NCBI GenBank assembly: GCA_965215885.1
Contig: CBDCEW010000036.1
Location: forward strand, 19,410 to 83,409
Origin: Candidatus Moanibacter sp.
GTDB taxonomy: Bacteria; Verrucomicrobiota; Verrucomicrobiia; Opitutales; UBA2987
Reading direction: 5' to 3'
Length of the DNA: 64,000 bases
Position 1 is the stretch's first letter; each line of letters begins with the position of its first letter. Shown here piece by piece: positions 18,977 to 28,199 of this stretch. The translations under genes and the position numbers were made by a program. The notes under the pieces are model-generated. The model made no database searches and was not told the DNA's origin. It saw only the letters and a program-made list of their open reading frames with translations.

Positions 18977-20801
18977 AGTAGCGAATAGGTAGCCGGATCT
19001 TCTTTGCCACGGGGTCGCCGTCTTTCAGGGCTGGTTTAAACCGCCATGTCTGGACGGCATCTATGGTTGGTTGGTCAAAATCCGAGTGAAAGGATTCCGT
19101 TATCTCCACTTTTGTTACATATCCTTGTGCGTCGACAAGCAGTTCAAGCAATACGGTACCATGAATACCTTGATCAAGCAGATGGCTTGGATATGCCGGG
19201 CTGCGTACATGAATTGGCTGTGGAGGGCGATTCATAGCATCGAATTCGTCTTTCGAGCGCTTAGCCACCTTTTCAACGTATTCCCGGTGTGTTTTTACTC
19301 TGTTGACGGCAGAGAAATAGCGAGCCACCACCGTTTCGACATCATCTTCCGAGGCATCGATAGTAGATTGTAGTCTTTGAGCCGCTTTTACTCCATGGGT
19401 GGCGGCCCGGTTCAGCCATTCAAGGAATTTATCGAAGTCTCTAGGAAAAATTGCACCTTGAGAATACCAAAGAGCCAGGAGAAACTCTGCCTCCGGATAG
19501 TCTTGCTCGGCCGATAGCATCAACCATTTCGCCGCCTCCTTGTAGTCCTGCTCTGCTACCTTTCCTCGGCTGAGGATATTGGCCAAGGTGTATTGTGCGG
19601 CCGCGTTTCCCAATTCGGCCGCTTTGACGTAATAGTTAAACGCTTCGCTCTCATCTTCGGCTACGCCGAGGCCACGATCATACATCTCCGCTAAGCTTTG
19701 TATGGCGAGGGAGGAATTGCGTTCGGCAGCCTGGCTTAACCAGTAGCGCGCCTTCTCATAGTCCTTCACAACGCCTTCTCCTCCCAGGTAAAGATTTCCC
19801 AACAGCGCCTGAGAACGCAAGTCACCCTGTTTTGCCGAGAATTCGAGCCAATAGAGAGCTTGGTTGGCATCTTTTTCAACTTCTCGACCGATGTAATACC
19901 AATATCCAAGCTCACCCCGTGCGGGGAAGTCACCACCAATAGCTGCTTTACGGTAGAGTTTGAGGGCCAAAGCATCACTCTGTTCGGTTCCTGATCCTTG
20001 AGCGCACATGCCGGCCAGGTTTGTTGTCGCTTTGACGTGATTTTGATCGCTGGCCTTCTCATACCACTTTGCCGCCTCCTCCAGGTTCACTTTTCCGAAT
20101 CGTCCTTCTTCGAAGAGGATTGCCATCATATATTGTGCATCGGGGTGGCCGCTTGTCGCCGCCTTGCTAAACCACGACGCAGCCAATTTTGGATCGGCCT
20201 GAACTCCCTGTCCCTTTTCATAGAGCATACCCAAGTTATATTGGGCGGTGGTGTTTCCTGCTTTTGCCTGATTCTGGTTCCATTCGAAAGCCCGCTCGAA
20301 GTTCCTAGAATAGGCGTTGCCTTCTACAGCGATCCAGCCAAAGTGAGTCGTGCCCGAACCGCTTACGTTCTCGAGTGCCAGATTTTCGTATTTTCCGGCC
20401 TTCTCGGCATCCTTTGGCGCCTGTGTTCCATTCTCGTATACCCAGTTGAGGTAATGGGCGGCGGTGGCGCTACCTCTGTGGGCGGCGTCAGCCAGAATCC
20501 TCAACGCTTTCTCGTAATCAATGGTAGTGCCAAGGCCGAGCGTATGCATGAATCCCAGGAGACATTTCGCTTGCGGTTCTTTAGCCCTAACGAGTGGCTT
20601 CAGAATGATAAGCGCCTCTTCATATTTGTCACGATTGAGGGATTCTACGGCCTCTTTCATGAGATCGGCGGGATGCTCTTCCTTGATTACCTCACCTTCC
20701 CTGGCCTTAATCGGCTCTGGGCCGGCCTTTCCCATCGTCACAAGTGCCAGGAACACTGGAACCATAAAGAAACGATGACTATTTCTAGTGGTTGGTTTCA
20801 T
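18975..20801 (-). CDS. Sel1-repeat protein fused to a TonB C-terminal domain
   Basis: Signal peptide and repeated AQYNLGMLYEKGQGV-type Sel1 units. C-terminal PAYP...GTVLLELLVDAQGYV...WRFKPALKDG. Confidence 0.88.
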   Translation of the reverse strand: MKPTTRNSHRFFMVPVFLALVTMGKAGPEPIKAREGEVIKEEHPADLMKEAVESLNRDKYEEALIILKPLVRAKEPQAKCLLGFMHTLGLGTTIDYEKALRILADAAHRGSATAAHYLNWVYENGTQAPKDAEKAGKYENLALENVSGSGTTHFGWIAVEGNAYSRNFERAFEWNQNQAKAGNTTAQYNLGMLYEKGQGVQADPKLAASWFSKAATSGHPDAQYMMAILFEEGRFGKVNLEEAAKWYEKASDQNHVKATTNLAGMCAQGSGTEQSDALALKLYRKAAIGGDFPARGELGYWYYIGREVEKDANQALYWLEFSAKQGDLRSQALLGNLYLGGEGVVKDYEKARYWLSQAAERNSSLAIQSLAEMYDRGLGVAEDESEAFNYYVKAAELGNAAAQYTLANILSRGKVAEQDYKEAAKWLMLSAEQDYPEAEFLLALWYSQGAIFPRDFDKFLEWLNRAATHGVKAAQRLQSTIDASEDDVETVVARYFSAVNRVKTHREYVEKVAKRSKDEFDAMNRPPQPIHVRSPAYPSHLLDQGIHGTVLLELLVDAQGYVTKVEITESFHSDFDQPTIDAVQTWRFKPALKDGDPVAKKIRLPIRY

Positions 20802-21082
20802 TTGAGAATCTGAGTGTCTGGTTCAGGTATCTTTTTGCCTGTTTACGAAACGAATCCTTACGAGTAGACTCTCAAAAGTGTGCCGTCAAGCGCTCCCGAG
20901 ATAGTGGATGGCTTCTAAGACTCTTGGCACGCCAAGGCTCCCGGGGTGACGGCGGTTATCCCGCTTGGCGTTAGAACAGGAAGCTTGTCGATTGCAAACC
21001 AGCTTCCTATCCCGAAGCGCCGGATGAAACCTGTGGTAGGAAAGTCGCTTGCGGCTGAAAACGGATGAGTCCAGAATCACTC

Positions 21083-21120
21083 TTTCCGCAAATTCCGAAT
21101 GCTAAGTCCGACAGATTCCT
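21083..21120. repeat. Dispersed 38-bp repeat, copy 2
   Basis: Match to 18939-18976, just downstream of lexA. Confidence 0.7.
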
Positions 21121-21127
21121 GAAGCTT

Positions 21128-21763
21128 CTATAAGTTGCGCACGACCGCCTTTGCCACCCCTTGTATGATGAGCTCTGCCACGGGATGGAGTTTCGGATAT
21201 CGACTGTTTTCCGCCTTGAGGAAGGGCGCCTTTCCGCTCCTTTTTACAAACCTCTTCAGTGTCGTCTCGCCATCGATGAGCGCCGCCACTACGTCACCAT
21301 TTCGAGGCGGACGACGTTCCATTATGACGATATCGCCATCAAAAATGCCCGCGTCGACCATGCTTTCACCCCGTACTTTGAGGGCAAATGCCCGCCGCGC
21401 GCGCCTCAGACCGGCAGTCTCCGCATCGATTTGCAATCGGCCGATCTGGCCTCCGGGCTCCACGCCGTCGGGATATCCTGCCGCGATGCTACCGAATATT
21501 GGAATATCGACGACTTCCTTCGCCCCGATGGGTACATTCTCGTCGTCGAAGTCCATGGTGATGCGAAAGGTGCGCGCCTGACCCGGCACGCGGCTGATAT
21601 AGCCCTTCCGCTCGAGAGCGCGAAGGTGCCCCATCACGGCATTCGTGCTCGCGAATCCGAAGTGCGCCTGAATTTCTCGGAAGCTTGGCCATGTGGCTTC
21701 CTCGCGCATATGCACTTGTATGTAGCCCAGGATTTCCTGTTGGCGGATGGTTAGATCTTCCAT
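21128..21763 (-). CDS. lexA: SOS repressor LexA
   Basis: LTIRQQEIL, PSFREI, HLRALERKGYI, AG cleavage site (IAAG), catalytic VRGESM and TLKR. ATG at 21763. Confidence 0.95.
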   Translation of the reverse strand: MEDLTIRQQEILGYIQVHMREEATWPSFREIQAHFGFASTNAVMGHLRALERKGYISRVPGQARTFRITMDFDDENVPIGAKEVVDIPIFGSIAAGYPDGVEPGGQIGRLQIDAETAGLRRARRAFALKVRGESMVDAGIFDGDIVIMERRPPRNGDVVAALIDGETTLKRFVKRSGKAPFLKAENSRYPKLHPVAELIIQGVAKAVVRNL

Positions 21764-21765
21764 AA

Positions 21766-21802
21766 TGTTCAAATGTATAGATAAACAACTGTTCAGTGTC
21801 AA
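21766..21802 (-). promoter_or_regulatory. lexA sigma70 promoter overlapped by two imperfect LexA boxes
   Basis: Minus strand TTGACA-17-TATACA. Boxes TGTTC-AAAT-GTATA (21766-21779) and TGTAT-AGAT-AAACA (21774-21787) resemble TGTTC-N4-GAACA. Confidence 0.7.
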
Positions 21803-22148
21803 GAGGCGAAAGTCGATTTATTTGATTGGAGATAACTCTGTAAATCCAGTATCCCTGAATGTGGAGAACTTACTGCCGATCTCGCCTATGTGGGATAGTT
21901 CTTCCATTATACAATTTAGGAATCTGTGCGACTTTGCCCATTGAAAAGGCCTTCCTGGTAAACGCTTGACGCCCTAGATTTGGGGCAATGAGCTCAGTGG
22001 GGAAGGCCGAATGAGTGGATTGCTTCGTCATTCTTCCTCGCAATGACATGCCTCGCACACTGTGGAGCGTGGATGATGGATGATTTTCAATCGATCCGCA
22101 TTAGGACCGAATGTTGCTCACGTTCGGCACGTAGAGGCTGATGTTCGA

Positions 22149-22517
22149 TTAAGCACGTTCGAACTGTCCTGTGCTTAAGAGTACCAGAGTACATGCCTCC
22201 ACTACGTGAATGCCTGCTTCAACGAGTGTCGCCTGGTGCGCAGGGGACTCTGATCCAGGGTTGAAGATACACCGGCGCGGGTGAGTTTGTGTGATCGACT
22301 CGATCATGTCATCGAGCCTTCCGGGATTGACGTATATGGTGACTGTGTCCAAAGGCTCGCCAACTTCCTCCAGGTTTCTGTAGCCTTTGACGCCAAGAAT
22401 TTCTTTGCCATCGGCGGAGATCGGGAATACTCGGTGGCCGGCTTTCATAAGCCGCTTCTGAGCCGTGTTTGAGGTTCGTACTTCTTTATCGCTGGCGCCG
22501 ATTATTCCTACTTTCAT
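22149..22517 (-). CDS. CoA-binding protein (YccU-like)
   Basis: VGIIGAS, LDTVTIYV, IFNPGSE, EACTLVLL. Confidence 0.85.
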   Translation of the reverse strand: MKVGIIGASDKEVRTSNTAQKRLMKAGHRVFPISADGKEILGVKGYRNLEEVGEPLDTVTIYVNPGRLDDMIESITQTHPRRCIFNPGSESPAHQATLVEAGIHVVEACTLVLLSTGQFERA

Positions 22518-22662
22518 CGCTGCCGATTCCTTAGTTCTGATTTTGCGCATGATTCAACTGCTTTTGGTCATTGGAGGAAAGAAGCGTATACACTTATCAA
22601 TGTCCTAACTTATCTTACGTAGCTGGACCGCTTCTGGTTCAGTTCTCTTCGCAAAGATTGAA

Positions 22663-23970
22663 TCAAGAGAACAGAATCCGTTCGATGGTGTGCAGGGTTT
22701 TTTCGGTGGCGCCCTTGTTTGTGCTGTGCCATTCGACAGCAGCTTTGGACATGGAGTCACGCTCTTCAGGGGACTTAAGAAGCAGAACCAATTTCTCCTT
22801 CAGGTCAGCTTCGTTAGTAACCATTTGAGCGGCGCCACAATCGAGCAACGCCTCACTTATCGTGAGAAAACTACTCATTCCAGGTCCAAATAGAATCGGT
22901 TTTCCGAGAATGGCCGATTCTATAGGAGTTTGGCCTTCGGTGTGCGGATACAGGCTCTTGCCGACAAAAGCAATCTCGGCAATCTGGGTGAGCAGTTTCA
23001 GCTCTCCCGTCGTATCGCCAACGTAGATCATTGTTGGATTTGGGGCCTGGTTACCGAACGATCGAAAATGGTAGGGGTAGTCAGACTCGTTTAGGAGGGA
23101 CTCGATTTCGTTGCGTCTTTCCGCGTGCCGAGGCACAATCAGGAGGCGGCACGGTATATTTTCGGCGAGGATCGAATGGAATACCTTGATAAGGGTCGCT
23201 TCCTCTCCGGGCCATGTTGAGGAACCTAGAAGAATCAGTGGCTCGCAGCCCTCGTTGCTCTGACGTTGGAATCCGAACTCATGCCTGAGTTCTAATTTCT
23301 CGGAATCATTGAGAAGCGGTTCAATCGAGATGTCGCACTTTAGATTATCTGCCATACGCAAATTTGAGGGGACGGCACCGAGTTGAAGAAAACGCTCATA
23401 ATCGATATCTGAGGAAGTAAGAATGGCACCGAAAGAACTGATTGTAGACCTGATGGTCCAGGGAAACATCCAGTAACGCTGGTAGGAGCGATCAGATAAG
23501 CGAGCGTTTATGAGGATAGTCCGGACATTGCGAGACTTCGCCTGATTTATATGTTCGGGCCATAGTTCGCCTTCAGTAAGAATGGCGAGAGCGGGGTCGA
23601 TTCGACTCCAAGCTAACCTGCTGAAGAGCCAGAAATCTAACGGAAATATTCCAATATATGCGGTAGATTCTCCGTAGCGATCCCGAGCGAGGCGGAGACC
23701 GGTGCTTGTCGTTGTGGTGAGCACGATATCAACTCGGGGATCTTCTGCGAGCTTCCCAAGGAGGGAGCCCAGGGACAGCAACTCGCCGACGCTGACCGCT
23801 TGAATCCAGATTCGCCTTATTCCTTTGCGCTTTTCGGGAACGGGCCCAACGAATCCAAATCGGTGAAAGAATCCGTCTCTATATCCCTCCCTCCTCCACA
23901 TGCGAAACAGGTAGTGAGGTGATGCGATCGTGAGGAGGGGAAGGAATAAGAAACGGTAGAGCCAGATCAT
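22663..23970 (-). CDS. waaA: 3-deoxy-D-manno-octulosonic acid (Kdo) transferase
   Basis: IWIQAVSVGE, EGELWP, INARLSDRS, VPRHAER, DTTGEL, FVGKSL. Confidence 0.93.
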   Translation of the reverse strand: MIWLYRFLFLPLLTIASPHYLFRMWRREGYRDGFFHRFGFVGPVPEKRKGIRRIWIQAVSVGELLSLGSLLGKLAEDPRVDIVLTTTTSTGLRLARDRYGESTAYIGIFPLDFWLFSRLAWSRIDPALAILTEGELWPEHINQAKSRNVRTILINARLSDRSYQRYWMFPWTIRSTISSFGAILTSSDIDYERFLQLGAVPSNLRMADNLKCDISIEPLLNDSEKLELRHEFGFQRQSNEGCEPLILLGSSTWPGEEATLIKVFHSILAENIPCRLLIVPRHAERRNEIESLLNESDYPYHFRSFGNQAPNPTMIYVGDTTGELKLLTQIAEIAFVGKSLYPHTEGQTPIESAILGKPILFGPGMSSFLTISEALLDCGAAQMVTNEADLKEKLVLLLKSPEERDSMSKAAVEWHSTNKGATEKTLHTIERILFS

Positions 23971-24163
23971 TTGATTTGCTTTACTGTTCGTCAGCTTTTG
24001 CCCGGATGGGACGGAGGCCTTCGAACGGGTGGTTCGACTATAAGGCTCCTGAAAGAAGAATTATAGAAAGAGCCGGGACTGGATTGACACAACAAAAAGG
24101 AATATTCCGTTGTTAATCTTGTCCTAATTAGAGAAGTTGGTGGTCGGAGGGAGAAACACTGAG

Positions 24164-27010
24164 ATGAAAGCTCGAGATAGATTCACAAGATTCGTCATCG
24201 TAGGATTTCTCTGTATGCTGGTACCTGGTTATTTCGCCCGGGCGGAAGCAGCCTTATGGCCGCACGACGAGAGCGACTTGAAACCGGATCCGGTGGTAAC
24301 GTGGGGGATGCTGGAGAACGGGTTTCGATTTGCCGTAATGCCAAACAAGGAGCCGCCCGAAAAGGTCAGTCTTCGCCTCTATGTGGACGCGGGATCGCTC
24401 ATGGAGGAGGATGACCAGCGGGGTTTAGCGCATTTTCTTGAGCACATGGCCTTTAATGGATCCCGGAATTTCTCGGAAGGTGATCTGGTCGAGTATCTTC
24501 AGCGGTTGGGGATGGGATTTGGCGCTGACACGAACGCACATACTTCCTGGAAAGAAACGGTCTACTATCTTGAAATTCCGCGGAATGATGAAGAGACGCT
24601 TCGGGAGGGCTTGCAGGTGTTTCGGGACTACGCGGACGGCCTTCTTCTGGATGAGGAAGAGATTGAGAAGGAGCGGGGTGTAATTCTAAGCGAGAAGCGG
24701 GCGCGTGACTCCGTCCGGTTCCGCTTATATAAGGACGAGCTAGGATTCCTGTTTCCCGATACCCTCCTGCCCGGAAGAATCACGATTGGTGAGGAAGCGG
24801 TAATCGAAAATGCAGGCAGAGAACGGTTTGTTGATTTTTACAGGAATTGGTACTCGAGCGATCGGATGGTCCTTGTGGCGGTAGGCGATATTCAGCCCGG
24901 TTCGGTAGAGCCTCTCATCGAGGAATATTTCTCTTCCCTGGTGGCTCCGTCAGAGACCCGACCGGATCCAGAGATCGGCGAGATTGTGGGAACTGGAATA
25001 AAGGTGCATATTAGCCGTGAACCGGAAGCATCCTCGACTACGGTGTCCATCCAAACTCTCCGCCCTTATACTCCTCAACCGGACACGTTCGATCGCCGGC
25101 GCCGGAATCTTCACCGAGTCGTTGCCGTTTCCGTGATCAACCGGAGGTTGGAGATTCTCTCCAAGGAGGAGGGAGCTTCGTTTCGGAGCGCATCGACTTT
25201 TGCATACGACTGGCTCGACTTTGTCGAGATTGCGGGAATCGAATTGCGCACCAGACCAGAACTGTGGAGGGAGGCCATGAACACGGCAGAGAAGGAACTG
25301 AGACGGGCCCTGGCTTTCGGATTCACCGAGCCCGAACTGGAAGAAGCAAAAGCAAACATACTCAATTCCTTCGAACAGAACGTAAAAGCGGCGCCGACAC
25401 GCCAGTCGAGAGGTCTGGCTGGGGCGCTGACCGCGAGTATTTCCGGCAATGACGTTTTCACAAGTCCTGAGGACGATCTGGAAGCGGTTCGTCGTTCGCT
25501 CGTCTCGGCCGACGCGGAAAATTGTCTGGCAGAACTTAGAGGGGCTTGGGAGGGCGGGAATCTTTACCTTCTCGTTGCGGGTAATGTTACGCTTGAGCGT
25601 GCGGAAGAGACAATTTTGACAGCTTATCGGTCGAGTCGGCAAGAGAAGGTGGAACCGCCTCAGGAAGTCATTCAGAAGGCCTTCGCGTATGGTGGATCGG
25701 GAGAGAGTGGAGTAGTAACCGAAAGCAGTACCGATAGCAAACTCGATGTTGAGCAGATTCGCTTCCAGAATGGAGTGAGGCTCAATTTGAAGAAAACGGA
25801 TTTCGAGAAGAACGCGATACATCTGTTGGTTCGATTCGGTGGAGGGATGTTGACGGCGCCAGAAGAACTTCCGGGATTGCCCCTTCTCGCATCGGCCACT
25901 TTTACCGCTGGAGGATTGGGCGAACACAGTTCCGACGAACTCAGCCGGCTCTTTGCGGGAAAGACAGTCGGAATTAACTTCACCGTCCAGGACGATGCCT
26001 TCATTTTAGCCGGATCCACCGGCCCCGAAGATCTCTTCGAGCAACTTCTAATGATGCGAGCTTTTCTGACTGATCCCGGATATCGCGTGGAGTCTATTCG
26101 CCAGGCGCATAAGCATTTCGAACGCTTGTATCTTCAGTCAAAACAGACGCTGAGGGGAGTGATGCAGAACGAGGTGGCGCTTTTCTTACGAAGTGGCGAT
26201 GCGCGTTTCGGGTTGCCTGTAAGATCTCTTTTGTTTGAGCGCACCCTCGATGAGGTGAAAATCTGGTTGGGGCCATATCTGAAATCGAGCTACATGGAGG
26301 TTTCGATCGTTGGTGATTTCGATCCGGAGGAGACGCTGAGTCTTGTGAGTCAGACCTTCGGCACCTTGCCCACACGGGACGACAGCAAACCTGCCTATTT
26401 GGCAGCTCGACGCGTTTCCTTTCCTGGAAGTGATTCGAAGAGGACTTTTTCGGTGGCGACTGAAATCCCTAAAGCCATCACAGCGGTGTATTGGCCGACG
26501 GATGACATCTGGGACATCTCTCGCACACGGAGACTGAATCTCCTTGCCGCGGTTCTTAACGATCGGATGCGGATCCGTATAAGGGAGGATTTGGGAGAAG
26601 CTTACAGCCCCAGAGCTTCCAGTCTTCCCAGCGATACATTTGCTCACTATGGGTACCTTGCTGCAATAACAATTACTGATCCCCTCCAGGCCGAGCGGGT
26701 GATTACGGCGATGAAAGAGATTGCTAACAATCTTAAGAAGGAGGGTGTATCCCAGGACGAACTCGACCGCGCCCTCAAACCGCTTCTCAACGGATTAAAA
26801 GAATGGGTGCGAAACAATGACTACTGGTTAGGCACGGTCATGGGTAGTTCACAGGAATATCCGGAGCGTTTGGAATGGTCGAGGAGTATGGTGGACGATT
26901 TTCAGTCCATCTCTGTCGAGGACGTGAACAGGCTGGCCGAACAGTATATTGGGGGTCACCACGGGGTCGAAGTAATCGTAACGCCCGCCGGGCCCGTCGT
27001 CGAGGAATAG
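24164..27010 (+). CDS. M16-family zinc protease (PqqL-like)
   Basis: Signal peptide, inverzincin motif GLAHFLEHMAFNG, NAHTS, ERGVILSE, four-domain M16 layout. Confidence 0.92.
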   Translation: MKARDRFTRFVIVGFLCMLVPGYFARAEAALWPHDESDLKPDPVVTWGMLENGFRFAVMPNKEPPEKVSLRLYVDAGSLMEEDDQRGLAHFLEHMAFNGSRNFSEGDLVEYLQRLGMGFGADTNAHTSWKETVYYLEIPRNDEETLREGLQVFRDYADGLLLDEEEIEKERGVILSEKRARDSVRFRLYKDELGFLFPDTLLPGRITIGEEAVIENAGRERFVDFYRNWYSSDRMVLVAVGDIQPGSVEPLIEEYFSSLVAPSETRPDPEIGEIVGTGIKVHISREPEASSTTVSIQTLRPYTPQPDTFDRRRRNLHRVVAVSVINRRLEILSKEEGASFRSASTFAYDWLDFVEIAGIELRTRPELWREAMNTAEKELRRALAFGFTEPELEEAKANILNSFEQNVKAAPTRQSRGLAGALTASISGNDVFTSPEDDLEAVRRSLVSADAENCLAELRGAWEGGNLYLLVAGNVTLERAEETILTAYRSSRQEKVEPPQEVIQKAFAYGGSGESGVVTESSTDSKLDVEQIRFQNGVRLNLKKTDFEKNAIHLLVRFGGGMLTAPEELPGLPLLASATFTAGGLGEHSSDELSRLFAGKTVGINFTVQDDAFILAGSTGPEDLFEQLLMMRAFLTDPGYRVESIRQAHKHFERLYLQSKQTLRGVMQNEVALFLRSGDARFGLPVRSLLFERTLDEVKIWLGPYLKSSYMEVSIVGDFDPEETLSLVSQTFGTLPTRDDSKPAYLAARRVSFPGSDSKRTFSVATEIPKAITAVYWPTDDIWDISRTRRLNLLAAVLNDRMRIRIREDLGEAYSPRASSLPSDTFAHYGYLAAITITDPLQAERVITAMKEIANNLKKEGVSQDELDRALKPLLNGLKEWVRNNDYWLGTVMGSSQEYPERLEWSRSMVDDFQSISVEDVNRLAEQYIGGHHGVEVIVTPAGPVVEE

Positions 27011-27096
27011 CCCGCTTTTCTCACCGTATTCCCAAGGAGGGTGTTGCGGCAAGACGCTGTTCCCAAAGAATTGCTGCCTGCCACAATAGCGGGCTA
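27008..27096. repeat. MITE-like element, TAGCCCGC family, copy B
   Basis: TAGCCCGCT...AGCGGGCTA ends. The first ~38 nt resemble the reverse complement of copy A. Its TAG is the protease stop codon. Confidence 0.65.
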
Positions 27097-27278
27097 TCAA
27101 AAAAAAGGCACGGAAGATATTTAAGGGAGGGTTCCAAGATCCTCTCTTTTTGCCTGGCAACTTATCGGACCCAGATTCCGATACACTTTTTATCTCTTCG
27201 AGCGTTAAAAGGATTAAAGTTTTCCCGGTAAGGTGCGATATCAGGGGTGTTTCTTTTAATCCTTAGTAGTCCATAATT

Positions 27279-27968
27279 ATGAAATCCTTATTTGAAGTTT
27301 ATCGAGATTCTAAAGCTGAGAGGAAAGAAGGTTTCAGCCTCATTGAGATGATAGGAGTGCTGGCTATCGTTGCGATCCTCTCGGCGGTAATTCTGCCCAA
27401 GATCTTTGACGCCATGGAGACATCGCGCGTTAACAGCACGATGGTGAATATTAATGCGATAAGGGTCGCGACTACCGATTTTGTGAAAAGATACGGAACT
27501 GTCCCTTTAACCAATAGTCGATCGAGAATCGACGATCTCCTCGCGGCGGCCGGTTTTTTTGACCAGCGCTTCACAGCCAAGATCGGTTCGCAGGCAGATC
27601 CTTACGCGGCTGCGGCTTGGACCTTTAATCAAAGCACTGGAGTTTGGACAAGTGCCGGGGGAGCCAGCCAGAATAATCGGACTCGCGTTATTGCTCTTAC
27701 TTCGAATACAACGAATCCAGAAACGGCAGCGGGGCGCAACTACCAGTTTGACGGAACCACTTCTCTTCCCGCCGGTTCAAGAGTCGTTTCAGCAGTCCTG
27801 GAAAATGTGGCTGCGGACGAAGCTCGGAAACTGAGCATAACAATCGATGGGGCGAGTGCATCGGCTCCTGACAATACTGTTTTGGACGGAGAGGGTAAGA
27901 TCGTATATAACACTCCGAATGCCAATACTTCCCTGACGGATGTGTTTGTTTATGTAGCCCATCTGTAA
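27279..27968 (+). CDS. Type IV prepilin-like protein (probable major pilin)
   Basis: Class III signal G/FSLIEMIGVLAIVAIL. Confidence 0.85.
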   Translation: MKSLFEVYRDSKAERKEGFSLIEMIGVLAIVAILSAVILPKIFDAMETSRVNSTMVNINAIRVATTDFVKRYGTVPLTNSRSRIDDLLAAAGFFDQRFTAKIGSQADPYAAAAWTFNQSTGVWTSAGGASQNNRTRVIALTSNTTNPETAAGRNYQFDGTTSLPAGSRVVSAVLENVAADEARKLSITIDGASASAPDNTVLDGEGKIVYNTPNANTSLTDVFVYVAHL

Positions 27969-28089
27969 CCGACTTTCCATAGTGATGGCATCGTCTGTAT
28001 GCATAGATTCGTTTTGTTTTTCATCTTTCTCTATTTTGAATCAGTGACAATGCGGTTTCGCTTTCTTACCCGAATATAGGAAGATGTCT

Positions 28090-28125
28090 CTAAGAGCCTG
28101 TCGACAAAGTCTGACAGGCTCTTAG
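28090..28125. repeat. Palindrome with 13-bp arms between the pilin and ATPase genes
   Basis: CTAAGAGCCTGTC-10 nt-GACAGGCTCTTAG. Confidence 0.7.
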
Positions 28126-28199
28126 TCTCAATTCGGGTCAGGATCACGGGGCTTACGCGTCGGCTGGCTGCGTGGTGAACGCGGTCAGCGTTTATCTGC

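Noticed and set aside
19998..25927. Long antisense ORFs such as 19998-20813 and 24950-25927 (also 576-1298 and 36085-36879)
   Set aside because: They shadow well-supported genes on the opposite strand and show no recognisable motifs.
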